Origin: a virus
Lineage: Duplodnaviria > Caudoviricetes
Direction: 5' to 3' (one strand)
DNA: 64,000 bases
IMG/VR virus record: IMGVR_UViG_3300021399_000125
Location: 1-64,000 of that record
Shown here: positions 10,321-20,661 of the stretch, piece by piece
Position numbering within the stretch: the stretch's first letter is position 1
Layout: each line of letters begins with the position of its first letter
Made by a program: the position numbers and the translations under genes
The notes under the pieces: model-generated
Databases searched by the model: none
What the model was told of the DNA's origin: nothing
What the model saw: only the letters and a program-made list of their open reading frames with translations

Positions 10321-10667
10321 TATTCAGTAATCCCTCTTCGCTGCGAGTCCTCCCACATTCTTACCAACAGCCGCATCTGCTTCGCGGGGTAGAATCTGGG
10401 GATCCAGCAGGTAGGCACGGTAGTCATCTCGCTGGTGCCCTTCACAGGGACAAGTCTCGGTTTGCGCTCCAGAACATCAAAGGTGCCGAATTTTCGGATG
10501 GTCACCATATTGCCCTGGGCAAGGTTGTCCAGAATAATGCCGGTAAAATCGTCAACAACTGCAGTCGCAGCCTTCTTTGTATAATTGTGCTTGTCAATCA
10601 GCTGCTGAATCAGATCAGCACGCTTTACCTCTTTGCTCATTTTATTCATCCTTTCGTTCATGCGCAT
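10320..10667 (-). CDS. HU/IHF-family DNA-binding protein
   Basis: KRADLIQQL...VTIRKFGTFDVLERKPR...PRFYPAK HU pattern. Confidence 0.85.
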   Translation of the reverse strand: MRMNERMNKMSKEVKRADLIQQLIDKHNYTKKAATAVVDDFTGIILDNLAQGNMVTIRKFGTFDVLERKPRLVPVKGTSEMTTVPTCWIPRFYPAKQMRLLVRMWEDSQRRGITE

Positions 10668-10677
10668 TCCGGCAGGC

Positions 10678-11709
10678 TCAAAGGTCAGACAGCGTCGCGT
10701 GCGTCTGCTGCCCTATAATTTCTCCATCCCGGAAATACTTTGCAAAATCGTCTTCGTCGTCAGTGTCGTTATATATCGCCAGCATCGCGTCGCCGGACGC
10801 CTTTTCCCACTGCATAATAGAGATCACAACCTGGCTTGGCAGTCCAAGCTTCATCAGGTAGGTCACAAACGCATGGCGGAAACTGTGCGCGTATACGTCC
10901 ACACCCAAAATATTGCTGGCTGTTCTCGCCCAGCTGTTCATGATAATATGGTTACGCGCTTTTTTCGGATCGTCCCTGTCAGGGAACAACCACTCACTCT
11001 TGATGCCGAGCCGCTCCCGTTCTGCCATCCAGTCCTCAAAGTATGGCAAGAACTGCTTGCGCAGCACATAGCACGGAACCTTTTTGCCGCCGGACTTGCC
11101 CTTCGTGTTAATCGGCGCAGACTTAAACAGCGTCCCGTAAACCACCTTGTCGTCAGAAAAATCGCTGACCTTAAACCGGAACAGCTCTGCCTTTCTTCGC
11201 CCGGAATACGCGGCTAGCGCAAAGCAGCACGCCTTCTCGTATTCCTTCCTGTCGCGCAGCGTGTTCAGCAGCAGCTCGATTTGCTCCTGCGTCAGAATCG
11301 TCTTCTCTCTCACAGGCGTGTTGGTAGGGCTCTCCACCTTCTTGATCAGATTTCGGAACATCGGGTACTCATCTGCGTACAGAAGCTCAATTGCGTTTGA
11401 AAAGCTGCTGATGCTGGCCTTCACCCGCCTGATCCTGGCAGGGGAGTTCTCGTTGTCCTCCAGCATATGCCCTTGAAAATTCACGTAATCTCTTATCGTA
11501 CATTGGATGATCGATTTGTTATCGCATTCCTGCAGCAGGAATACAAAGAACGTATCCAGGTCATGGCTGTACCCGTCAATTGTCCCGGCCGAGCGCTTCA
11601 TAGATTTCAAATACCGGAGGAAATCCTTTTTCAGCTTCAGATTCTCCGGATTGATCTGCGCCAGCAGCTCCGGACTCGTGAGCTGATTCATTTTTGTCTT
11701 TCTTGCCAT
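10678..11709 (-). CDS. tyrosine recombinase/integrase
   Basis: SGRRKAEL, TKGK, HSFRH, terminal Y; N-terminal SAM-like domain. Confidence 0.9.
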   Translation of the reverse strand: MARKTKMNQLTSPELLAQINPENLKLKKDFLRYLKSMKRSAGTIDGYSHDLDTFFVFLLQECDNKSIIQCTIRDYVNFQGHMLEDNENSPARIRRVKASISSFSNAIELLYADEYPMFRNLIKKVESPTNTPVREKTILTQEQIELLLNTLRDRKEYEKACCFALAAYSGRRKAELFRFKVSDFSDDKVVYGTLFKSAPINTKGKSGGKKVPCYVLRKQFLPYFEDWMAERERLGIKSEWLFPDRDDPKKARNHIIMNSWARTASNILGVDVYAHSFRHAFVTYLMKLGLPSQVVISIMQWEKASGDAMLAIYNDTDDEDDFAKYFRDGEIIGQQTHATLSDL

Positions 11710-11733
11710 TGCTCCCTCCGATTTACGTATATG

Positions 11734-12948
11734 TCACTTACAGCGCAGCACACACTCCGTGTCGATACCGTCCTGCTCAGACACAATCAACATCATCTGG
11801 GACGGGGTAGAGTAGAGCCGCTTGCTGTTTGCGTAATCGTCCACACCGCACAGACCGCCGCAAATAATTGCGTCCACGCCAAGCTCCTCAAAGCTCTCTC
11901 TGTGGTGCTTATCGCCAAGCAGAATGCACTCCACGTCCTCGTCATACCGCTTGTGCGCCAAAGTACCGTAAAGTCTTGGCGCGGATCTCACGCTGTCAAG
12001 GTCTCCGTGCGTCGCCCAAATCCAGTGGCCGAGCACATTGAACTTCAAAATCTCGCTGCCGTCGTCCTGAGCGATTTCAATATTGTCCATCCCGTAGAAC
12101 CTCTGCGCCAACCACCATGGGATAACCCGTTCCATATTGTCTCTGTGGATGCTGTCCAGTTTGTCCTGCACGGTCCTTCCATGATTCCCGTAGGTCATGT
12201 GTACCACAATATGGGGCACGCACTCGCTCAGGGCGTTAATTGCCTGCGCCAGGAGCTCTGCGGACTGCATCAGCTGGTCGCACACAAGCTCCTCAGACGC
12301 CACTCTGGCTGACGTGTGGATTGCGCCGTGGAACAAGTCACCAAGCACAACCAGATGCAGAACGCTGCAGTGATAGAATTTAAGCTTCGCCTTTGCCTGC
12401 TTCACAACGTTCCTTACCCGGTTGACGCATTTCTCCTTGTTGTATGTATTGTAGATATTGGACGCGACCATCCCGTAGTGCCAGTCGCTGAAAACCAGAA
12501 CTGCTTCTGTCTCGCCTTGGCGATCCTCCGCAGGCTGCGCCGGCTGAAACACAATGCCAAGCTCGTCTCTAAGCTTGGCGGCAGACTCGGTAAGAACCTG
12601 CTCCAGGTGTTCTCTTCGCCCCTCTGCAGCGATCAGCTTCTTGTACTCTCTGCGCTGATCAAAAAACCTCTGCCGCTCCTGCTCCAGCTCTGCCTTCTTC
12701 GCGTCAAGCGCCGCAAGGATCCCGTTGTCCTGGATCTGTGTCTCACGCTCTGCATCCAGCAGCTCAAGTGTATTCTTGGAGCCGTAGAACATCCTTCGTG
12801 CAACGTCGCTGGAATATGGCTGCCCGTAAACTAACTCGGCGAGCTCCGAGTAATCGCAGTCCGCCAAAGTCTTATCTACAAGCTTCCCATAGATCAGGCG
12901 CTTGTGATAGTCAAGGGCGGATTCACCGTGCAGTCTTTCTGTTGTCAT
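11734..12948 (-). CDS. calcineurin-like metallophosphoesterase
   Basis: SDWH, LGD, GNHG, HGD, GDKHH motifs. Confidence 0.85.
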   Translation of the reverse strand: MTTERLHGESALDYHKRLIYGKLVDKTLADCDYSELAELVYGQPYSSDVARRMFYGSKNTLELLDAERETQIQDNGILAALDAKKAELEQERQRFFDQRREYKKLIAAEGRREHLEQVLTESAAKLRDELGIVFQPAQPAEDRQGETEAVLVFSDWHYGMVASNIYNTYNKEKCVNRVRNVVKQAKAKLKFYHCSVLHLVVLGDLFHGAIHTSARVASEELVCDQLMQSAELLAQAINALSECVPHIVVHMTYGNHGRTVQDKLDSIHRDNMERVIPWWLAQRFYGMDNIEIAQDDGSEILKFNVLGHWIWATHGDLDSVRSAPRLYGTLAHKRYDEDVECILLGDKHHRESFEELGVDAIICGGLCGVDDYANSKRLYSTPSQMMLIVSEQDGIDTECVLRCK

Positions 12949-13141
12949 ACCGATTTCGCCCTCTCTTTCTGGGAGCTTCCTCGATGCCGTAGCGCAGCTT
13001 CTTCAGCAGACGCATCGGGCCCGGCGCCTCTTCCATATAATAGTGGTGGCGCTTGGAGTCTGCACGCATGGTGCGAACCATATGGACGTTTGGATAGCGC
13101 TGGGAAATCTCGTCTTTTTCTTTTTTGTTGATTGCGATCAA
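12923..13141 (-). CDS. small basic hypothetical protein
   Basis: 72-aa ORF overlapping the next gene start. Confidence 0.6.
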   Translation of the reverse strand: MIAINKKEKDEISQRYPNVHMVRTMRADSKRHHYYMEEAPGPMRLLKKLRYGIEEAPRKRGRNRYDNRKTAR

Positions 13142-13222
13142 ATCATTTCATTCCTTTATTTCAAATTTGAAGGAAATACCCGAACATCGTGTCATATTAC
13201 CTTCATAAATAACAGGAGTGCA

Positions 13223-13272
13223 AAAGTCCCGAAACCCTTGGTATTCCAAGGGTTTCGGGACTTTATTTTTTC
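13223..13272. terminator. long hairpin, probable intrinsic terminator
   Basis: AAAGTCCCGAAACCCTTG-GTATTC-CAAGGGTTTCGGGACTTT followed by a T-run. Confidence 0.6.
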
Positions 13273-13287
13273 AAACAAATTCAGAAA

Positions 13288-14097
13288 TCATTTCTCTGCC
13301 ATTGCTCTTCTCCGCAGCACGGAATCGGCGCTCTGACGGATCTTTACTTCCTCTGCACACTTCTCGCAATATTTCTGCCGGCGGCCCGTGGTAGACCTGA
13401 CCTTGCAGGTGATCCCGCAGCAGGCACATTCAAAGAACGGCTCCCCGCAGAATCTGAGATACTGATACCCGAGATTTCTGTAGTCGCGGATCTCCAGAGC
13501 CGTATCCCCGTCCTGGATAAAGCAGACCTGTACGTTCAGGCTGTCCACCCTGGCCGAGAAGCGGATCAGTCCCAGATCCCTGAGCTGGGAGTAGAGTGAG
13601 GTGTATCTCCGTACCGAAGTTTTGATGTTCGCCATATGCCCGATGTCAGAGTCCGGGGTGTTGACCCAGTGCTGATTGGATGGGTTCAGGATGTCCCAAT
13701 ACTTCGCAAGGCAGAGGAGGGTAAAGGCCAGCCTCTGCAGCTGCTTGCTTTTAATCCCGCGGATCGTATGTATCTCAGGCTCTGTGATTTTCACAGAGTC
13801 AATGTTGATGATTGGATATTTCACTGCCGTCTTCACTGCCCGCTCCAATCGGTCAGACCACGCCACCGTAGAGGCGGACGGGTCGCACTGGAGTAGGAAG
13901 GTCGCAAGTCTGCGCTTCGTCTCCGCCTTCCCGCACCCTTCTGCAAGGTAATACTTTGCCAGCCGCAGCAGCGTCTCAGAGGGCTTCTTTCCAAGTTGAT
14001 GAGACGTCAGTGCCTGCTGCGCCCATGCCTTTTCGTTTAATACAATCATTCTTCCTCCAATACATTCACCGTTTGCATATGGAACGTCATCCCGCAA
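13288..14097 (-). CDS. hypothetical protein adjacent to RNA polymerase (C-terminal Zn ribbon)
   Basis: CACC...YCEKC; the real start is probably MIVLNE at 14049, overlapping the polymerase stop. Confidence 0.65.
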   Translation of the reverse strand: MRDDVPYANGECIGGRMIVLNEKAWAQQALTSHQLGKKPSETLLRLAKYYLAEGCGKAETKRRLATFLLQCDPSASTVAWSDRLERAVKTAVKYPIINIDSVKITEPEIHTIRGIKSKQLQRLAFTLLCLAKYWDILNPSNQHWVNTPDSDIGHMANIKTSVRRYTSLYSQLRDLGLIRFSARVDSLNVQVCFIQDGDTALEIRDYRNLGYQYLRFCGEPFFECACCGITCKVRSTTGRRQKYCEKCAEEVKIRQSADSVLRRRAMAEK

Positions 14098-16781
14098 TAT
14101 TCAAAGGAGTCCTCGCCGTCTCCCAAAACCGGGAAGGACAGCACCCATCCGTTTTTCTGCAGCAGATTCTGCACGATAATCGATCCGCACAGCGGCATCA
14201 CAAACTTCCAGTTCGAGGACTTCTCGTAGAAGATATCCAGGAAGATATCACACAGCACTGCTTCGTTGGAGCATACGTCGTAGCAGCTCCTCATAAAGTC
14301 CTCTCTGATCTCGTTCAAATCCATCCGCATCTCGTAATTGTTGACCCTCTCATAGGACGCCGCAACCTTGTAGTCGTGAAGCCGGCGGATGAAAACCGAG
14401 AACAGCTTCTTGATTCTGCCGTACTGAGACTTTGTGTATTCCGCCCCGCTCTTCATGATCGTATAGTCAAACGGCTCGTCAGATGCGAACCTGAATTGGC
14501 CGTGGTCAAACTCCCGCTCAAAGATCCTGCAGATCCTGTTCATCACGCAGTCTCCGGTCCCTACCGGCATCAGGTTGTGGTAGCTTCGCAGGAAGTCCCT
14601 CTGCTGCTGGCTTAAGTCACAATAGGGGAGAGCCAGCATCTCGTCCACCGTCATCTGGAACGCTCTCAGGGCGTTTCTCTCTGTGTTCCTCTGATATGTA
14701 TTGTACTGCTTCTGCAGCGCAGGGTAGATGTACCGCATGAAGTACGGCTTCTTCTCGGCCAGGATCCCTTTGTAGAATCTCTGCTTGTCCGGGTCCTCGA
14801 TCTCCGCGGCCGCATGCCAGTCATACCAGCTCTTCGGCATAGGCTTTGCAATGATCCCCTTTGCCTTGTCGATAGAATTCTGCTGGTACAGCTGCCCGCT
14901 CTTGATTCTGTAGTCCAGCACCTGATACTCCTCGCTGCCAGTATCATAGTGGGAGCGGACCTCATACATAGACGTAATTCTGTTCGTCGTCTGTCCGATG
15001 TCGCTGCCGAAGCTGTCAATGTTTGCCTGGATCAGCAGCGGCTCATCAATCAGATGCTTGTCCGCCTTCCGCTGGACGCACATCAGCGCCGGCTCATCCG
15101 GCAGCCTCCTGACAATCACAGGATTGTCGGTTAACATAATTATGTCACCGTCATAATCCAAACCGTTCAGTGCAATCATCGCAGTGTCCCATGCGTTGAA
15201 CACCGTGCTGGTATGGAGGTGCCTGTACCAGTACCTCGCCTCCTCGCTTCTGCTCGGAGTCACCCGCCGGATATTATTGGAGCACGACATCGGGGCGCGG
15301 AAGCATGCCAGACTCTCCGCCTCAGTATTAGCCCAATATTCGTTGTAGATTTCTCCGGCCCCAAGCAGCCCGGTTGCCGGCAGTCCGAAAATACTCTGGC
15401 ACAGGGCATAGGGGTCTCCGGACACGATGGAATAATTTCCATGCACCCGCAGCACACCTGTCTTTGCGCGGTCGATCCTGTTCCGGATCAGCTGGTAGAT
15501 GCTGTTCTTTACGTGGGGGTCGTTGAAAATCCTCGGGTCGGCCATGATCGCCTTGATGTAGTTATCCTCCATGCCGACCACATTGGCCTCGTTCATCCCG
15601 ATGCCTCGCAGATAAACCAGGGCCTTCCGCCAGTCGCCTCCAAGCACGTCCTTGAACTCTGCAATGGTCGGCGCCACCAATTCATCGATATCGGCAGGGG
15701 AGAGGTCCAATGGCTGTATGAACTGATAGTTCAGGCTCCTCTGATTCTCCAGCTCCTTTGGACAGCTCTTAGCCACGCCAAAGGTATACCCGTTGGCGAC
15801 AGACTTCTCCAGGTAGTCCGCGCAGCTCTCATAGCTATCCCACAGCTTCAGCATACTGGTCGTCAGAATCAGCTCTGTCTCTCGCACGTCCACCTCATTG
15901 CCCCAGGCGTCCTTTACCAGATACGAGCCGGCAATGTTCTCGGCAAAGTCCAGATAGTCAAAGGCGAAGACCATACCCTTCTCCCAGCTCATTCTGGTGT
16001 TGAATCCGCTGGAGGTATAGTCAAGTCCAAGCTCCTCACTCCACCGTTCGGCAAGGGAGGGCAGCATCAGCCCATACCCGTCAGAGGCGTTCAGATGGAT
16101 CTCCACGTTGCTTCTCGTCTCCATCATCGGTTCTGCGCAGCCTTCATCGTCCAGATAGATTACGTCAGACACAAACTCCGTCTCGCAGTCAGGGACGACC
16201 AGAATCCCATGCGGCATAGATACCGGCAAAATAGCGCTGCAAGTCAGAGCTTGATAGGCCTCAAACTTTGCCGGTACCAGACTATGTGTCGTGTCTCGTC
16301 CGTTATCGATTCTGCGCTTCAGCTCTCCGGCAAGCCTCTCACTCACAAACACGATGGTGCTGTTCTTAATACCTCCGGTCGTTCCGAGCAGGCGGCAGTA
16401 CTTGATGCCGTTGATCGTAAACCCCTTGCAGGCTCTGTGGTAGTCCTTGTTCTTGTCGATCACCAGGCACATATAGTCCGGCTTAAATTGCAGAACATCC
16501 AGCGCCTCATAGAGTTTCCTGATCTCCCGACGATTTGCAAGGCTGTTTGGATCTTTCCGCAAGAACCGGATCTGACGCTTGATTTCCTTTGCTTTCGCAT
16601 CTGCGTCGGTCACGCCGTTCAGCTCATCGATCCAGCGCAGAACCTGGCTGTCGGCCAGTGCAACCACCTCGTCATTTTTCCGCGCCTCCGAGATCGGCAG
16701 CGTCAGCCTCCATCCGGCAGACCGCAGACGTCCGCTGTGGATCTTAAATATGTATCTTTGGCAAACCAATTGCTTCCCGAT
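14046..16781 (-). CDS. YonO-like single-subunit (RdRP-fold, two-barrel) phage RNA polymerase
   Basis: ~910 aa; SDGYG, KG, FRAP and catalytic NGLDYDGD motif; IDKAKG; start at TTG 16769 or ATC 16781. Confidence 0.85.
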   Translation of the reverse strand: MGKQLVCQRYIFKIHSGRLRSAGWRLTLPISEARKNDEVVALADSQVLRWIDELNGVTDADAKAKEIKRQIRFLRKDPNSLANRREIRKLYEALDVLQFKPDYMCLVIDKNKDYHRACKGFTINGIKYCRLLGTTGGIKNSTIVFVSERLAGELKRRIDNGRDTTHSLVPAKFEAYQALTCSAILPVSMPHGILVVPDCETEFVSDVIYLDDEGCAEPMMETRSNVEIHLNASDGYGLMLPSLAERWSEELGLDYTSSGFNTRMSWEKGMVFAFDYLDFAENIAGSYLVKDAWGNEVDVRETELILTTSMLKLWDSYESCADYLEKSVANGYTFGVAKSCPKELENQRSLNYQFIQPLDLSPADIDELVAPTIAEFKDVLGGDWRKALVYLRGIGMNEANVVGMEDNYIKAIMADPRIFNDPHVKNSIYQLIRNRIDRAKTGVLRVHGNYSIVSGDPYALCQSIFGLPATGLLGAGEIYNEYWANTEAESLACFRAPMSCSNNIRRVTPSRSEEARYWYRHLHTSTVFNAWDTAMIALNGLDYDGDIIMLTDNPVIVRRLPDEPALMCVQRKADKHLIDEPLLIQANIDSFGSDIGQTTNRITSMYEVRSHYDTGSEEYQVLDYRIKSGQLYQQNSIDKAKGIIAKPMPKSWYDWHAAAEIEDPDKQRFYKGILAEKKPYFMRYIYPALQKQYNTYQRNTERNALRAFQMTVDEMLALPYCDLSQQQRDFLRSYHNLMPVGTGDCVMNRICRIFEREFDHGQFRFASDEPFDYTIMKSGAEYTKSQYGRIKKLFSVFIRRLHDYKVAASYERVNNYEMRMDLNEIREDFMRSCYDVCSNEAVLCDIFLDIFYEKSSNWKFVMPLCGSIIVQNLLQKNGWVLSFPVLGDGEDSFEYCGMTFHMQTVNVLEEE

Positions 16782-16816
16782 AGTGCATCACCCCAATCTG
16801 TATCTGTTCCTGTGCC

Positions 16817-16990
16817 TCAACCTTCATATTCCAAAGCATAGATCGGCCACACTGCCAAAAACTCCTGCCTGCCCAGCTCTATCAGCTCATCGATCAGCAG
16901 ATCCTCACTCATCGGCGTGTAGTAATCGCACCCACACTCAGATCTGCATTGTGTGCTGTAATAGCAGCCGTCGCATCCGCATTCTGTCAT
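16817..16990 (-). CDS. small Cys-rich hypothetical protein
   Basis: MTECGCDGCYYSTQC... ATG overlaps the upstream stop. Confidence 0.5.
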   Translation of the reverse strand: MTECGCDGCYYSTQCRSECGCDYYTPMSEDLLIDELIELGRQEFLAVWPIYALEYEG

Positions 16991-18258
16991 CTTCCGGAAC
17001 CTCCTTCCAAAGTAATCTCTCTGCCAGGCGCCGCAACCGCTTCCATCCAACGAATCAGCAGCTCCCGCATCCTCCGGCTTGGTATGTATATTGTAATCGG
17101 CTTCCCGTCGCGGACAGCACTCCTCCAAATCCACTGCAGCATCTCAGACAGCGCATAGTAGTCCTGGTTCAGTTCCACGCCGATGGTGTGCAGAAAGTTC
17201 TTCGTGCAGGTGTTCGGATAGATGTTGATCAGATAGGCAAGGTACTGTTTGTGCCTGTAGGAGTTCGTTCCTCTGGCGGTGCATTGGAGGAAGCCCTTCA
17301 TATAGCCGTTCCCGCCAAGGATCCTTTTCCAGTCAACCCCCGCCTCCTCATCCATCAGATAGGTCGTCCAGAGGTTCAATCTGGAGGGGCTCGCAGCGAC
17401 GTTCTTGAAGAAGTTGGAGACGTTGTTCCGCAGCTTCTTCATCTCGTCAGTCATGTATGTCTTTCTTGAGTTCCTCACATACCACGATTTGGACAGGCTG
17501 CCGCGCTCATCGCCGATGGCGTTCATACGCTTATTGTCAACGATGTGAATCAGATTTCTGAAGTCCACCGGAGGAGTAGGCTCAAATGTGTCTGAAAGCC
17601 GGTACGTCTCCGGTGAATCCCCGGCAATGTACTTTCGCGTGTATGGCATCTTCATCAGATCAAAGTAGCACCGCACAAACTGATGCCGGAACATATAGGT
17701 CATCACATATACGTCCTTGTAGCTGGTGTACAGACTTGGCGGCATCATCGCCAGCCAGAAGGTATCGCTGTATTGATAGGTGAACCCGTTCTTAATCAGC
17801 TCACGGTACTGGTCATACTTCCCGGTGTAGTCATCGGCGATCCATCTGAGCTTCCCATCTGAGAGTGTTTCCACCAACTTCTCGTCGGTGATGATCTTCG
17901 CGTCGTGGGTTGAGATACTGACTTGCGTGATTGCAGCCGGCACCTCATCCATAATCAGAGTGTACTGTGCCTCTTTGACCATCTGGATTGCCTCTTCGTC
18001 AAACCTCATGAACAGCGCGTGCGTCGAGACGATGTTGTGCCTCTCGTGGATCAGCTTCTTAATATTATTGAGCTTCCCTCCCTCAGCATCCGGGGCTTGG
18101 AAGTTCCTTCCGCTGCAGGCGTCTCTGACCCGGTCCACCTCAGTGAGGTAAGGGGTAATAAACATGAATCTGTCATCCAGAGAGGATTGATTGATGTAGT
18201 TGATCATTGCAGAAGTCTTTCCCCGGCCCATGATCTCATCGATATAGTAGATTGACAT
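16987..18258 (-). CDS. SF2 helicase-like P-loop protein
   Basis: MGRGKTS, ITPYL, STH, LIMDE, QWIWRSAVR motifs. Confidence 0.75.
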   Translation of the reverse strand: MSIYYIDEIMGRGKTSAMINYINQSSLDDRFMFITPYLTEVDRVRDACSGRNFQAPDAEGGKLNNIKKLIHERHNIVSTHALFMRFDEEAIQMVKEAQYTLIMDEVPAAITQVSISTHDAKIITDEKLVETLSDGKLRWIADDYTGKYDQYRELIKNGFTYQYSDTFWLAMMPPSLYTSYKDVYVMTYMFRHQFVRCYFDLMKMPYTRKYIAGDSPETYRLSDTFEPTPPVDFRNLIHIVDNKRMNAIGDERGSLSKSWYVRNSRKTYMTDEMKKLRNNVSNFFKNVAASPSRLNLWTTYLMDEEAGVDWKRILGGNGYMKGFLQCTARGTNSYRHKQYLAYLINIYPNTCTKNFLHTIGVELNQDYYALSEMLQWIWRSAVRDGKPITIYIPSRRMRELLIRWMEAVAAPGREITLEGGSGR

Positions 18259-18832
18259 GATAAATAACTAACATTCCTCCAATCTAAAAAATATTTAGGC
18301 TGCCTAACAGAAATTTTAGGAGGTTTTTGGCGCAATCTTCGGATGCTGTCGCATCTCTAGTCTGCCTTGCAGGTAAATGACAGTCAGGAAGTATCACTGG
18401 AAACCATAGTAGGTAGTATAGTAAGTGTCAACAACCTATAAATATATATATAATAAAAAAGCCTGGAAACCGTTGGTACATAAGGGATTGCGGGTTTGCT
18501 TAGGAAGAAAAAAATCTCCTATTATTGTTGTAAAACAGCTCCATCTGACCACTATCAGACTACCGTCTGGCAACCATCCGACCATTCCTTCCAACACATT
18601 TTAATCCAGAAGAAAAAAGTAGTACAAGCCTTTGGAAGAGCCTTTGCGGTATCGTTGACCGCTTGCATTTACAAGTCCTATATGAGTCTCCCGTTGCCGA
18701 CAGACTGTTTGTCAAGGTACAATGCAGGAAGTCTCCTGCGCCAAGGCTATCAATTCTCTGACCAGGCAAATTCCTGATCTGTAAACAGCCCTCCCTTCTC
18801 TGAGCTGGAATTAGAGACTTCCGGACGTGAGA

Positions 18833-19735
18833 TCAGGCCAGAAGCGTTTCAGATTCTACGATCCCGCTATCGATCAGATAGTTATGGTTCAGACTTCCGA
18901 GATTCAGATTCCGATAAGCTTCGTCAATCTCGTCAGCAGTAATCCCGATATAATCCAGAGTCTGAGCAGAGGTACTGTGACCAAGCATCTTCTGGAGAAG
19001 AAGCAGCTTCCTTGGATCGTTCCTGCTCATCACCATCTGGTGGAAGCAGAAGGTCTTTCTCAAGGAATGGGTTGCAAGCCGGATACCGAGTCCAAGATCA
19101 GAGCCGATACCCTTCATGATACGGTCTACCGATACTCTGGAGATTGGCTGTCCCTTATTCAATCCGTTTGTGGACTGAGACTGGAACATGTAGTCACTCA
19201 GCTTTACGTTTGGAGTATTCTCCAGGTACAGAGTCACAGCTTCGATCACAGCTGTATTGACGGTGACGTATCGGTTCTTCTTTTTCTTCCTGGTGTTCCT
19301 CGTCTTCTGTTCAAACACGGGGAAGCGTTCCTTGAACGTACAGTCTGCGTTGATCAGATCGCTGAACCGGAGAACCCGGAGATCGCTGACGCGAAGTCCA
19401 AAGTTGATTCCGGTGATAAACAGCATGTTGTCTCTGTACCTTTCATTGGAGATCAGGTACTGCGAGATCCGTAGGATGTCTTCCATACTCTTGATCGGTT
19501 CAGCAGCGTGTTCAGGAGCCAGTACCTTTTCGGTATCCTCATCAGCAGGGAGGATCAGATTCGGATTCAGCTTTCTGCTATTGGATTTGAGAGCAGCCAG
19601 ATCGATCACACCGTCTTCCACGATTCTGGACGATGGGAACTTGATGACGTTAGATACAGCACCATCTGCAGAGAGTCCAGAAGAGGGAAGACCTTCGGTG
19701 GTTGGCAGATTGTGCAGCTTTGTGATATTGGACAT
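18833..19735 (-). CDS. tyrosine recombinase (catalytic domain)
   Basis: GLRVSDL, EQKT, HSLRKT, LGHS, TLDY. Confidence 0.9.
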   Translation of the reverse strand: MSNITKLHNLPTTEGLPSSGLSADGAVSNVIKFPSSRIVEDGVIDLAALKSNSRKLNPNLILPADEDTEKVLAPEHAAEPIKSMEDILRISQYLISNERYRDNMLFITGINFGLRVSDLRVLRFSDLINADCTFKERFPVFEQKTRNTRKKKKNRYVTVNTAVIEAVTLYLENTPNVKLSDYMFQSQSTNGLNKGQPISRVSVDRIMKGIGSDLGLGIRLATHSLRKTFCFHQMVMSRNDPRKLLLLQKMLGHSTSAQTLDYIGITADEIDEAYRNLNLGSLNHNYLIDSGIVESETLLA

Positions 19736-20317
19736 ATTCTTGAGTAAACCTCCTTAATTCCTTCTTTGATTGTCTATATTATACCACCAGTTCTGGAAAT
19801 AATGGAGTGGTTACGAAGCAAGCGTGAAGAAAAAATAATACCAATTCATATATACACACCACACCGGTAGGTTAAACCGAGTGACGGAGCAAGCTTGAAG
19901 CAAGCATAGAGAGTTATCGTAACAGTGTTACGGTAGGTCAAAACGATTCCGGGTTCCATTTCTGGACGTTTAAATAAGCTTCGACAGAAGCTGACCCCCA
20001 CGATTTCAACGAAAAAGTAACGTCAAATTCAGTGAATTCAGGACACAGAAGTGACTAATATAAGGCAGGGAGGAGGCTGGGAATGTAAAAGGGAGAGCGT
20101 GGGAGAAGAAAGACCATATATGATTCAGGAACATATAAACGGCAAAAATACCGGAATGGGGGGCGGATGTTACATAGCGTTAAAATGTAACGTGCCCCGG
20201 GGCTGGGCCCTATGACCGCCGGGCAGCCTGGACGCCGCCCCGGGCCCCGGCCCCGGACGCCTTGACGCCGCCCCGGTGGGTAGAGCAAGCCCCGAAAAAA
20301 TTTTTTTCAAAAAGGGC

Positions 20318-20346
20318 TTGACATATCAAAAAATTTATGGTACCAT
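20318..20346 (+). promoter_or_regulatory. sigma-A/70 promoter at the start of the rightward arm
   Basis: TTGACA-17 nt-TACCAT with extended TG and an upstream A/T tract. Confidence 0.7.
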
Positions 20347-20418
20347 TATGCCAAGCTCAGCGGAGCAAGCCCCACCGGCCAAGCTCCCCGGCCATTGAAC
20401 CTTGACAAGTGAATCAGA

Positions 20419-20487
20419 AAGCCCACCGGCCCCGAATTGCAGTAAGGGCCCAGGCAAGCCCACCGGCCCCGAATCGCAGTACGGGCC
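20419..20487 (+). repeat. 32-bp direct repeat, two copies
   Basis: AAGCCCACCGGCCCCGAAT(T/C)GCAGTA(A/C)GGGCC at 20419 and 20456; partial copy near 20367. Confidence 0.85.
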
Positions 20488-20661
20488 GGGACAATGAGCA
20501 AGCCCCGGGCAGTCTGATTTGAATATCGAACAGCACCAAAAATGGTGCAAAGCTTTTCAAAGGTATGCACCGGATTCCACGGGGATAGTCTACCCTCTCG
20601 CAGGGAACGCCCCGGGACCGTGTAGATAAAACATTTTGCCCGCATGGGGGCATGAAATACC

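Noticed and set aside
15213-16841. Long antisense ORFs (also 25690-27141, 58915-61113, 55166-56188)
   Set aside because: Shadow frames of GC3-rich real genes; no RBS or recognisable motifs
20283-20510. CRISPR array
   Set aside because: Only two full repeats 5 nt apart, no spacers, no cas genes; the Cas4-like nuclease at 53967 belongs to the recombination module
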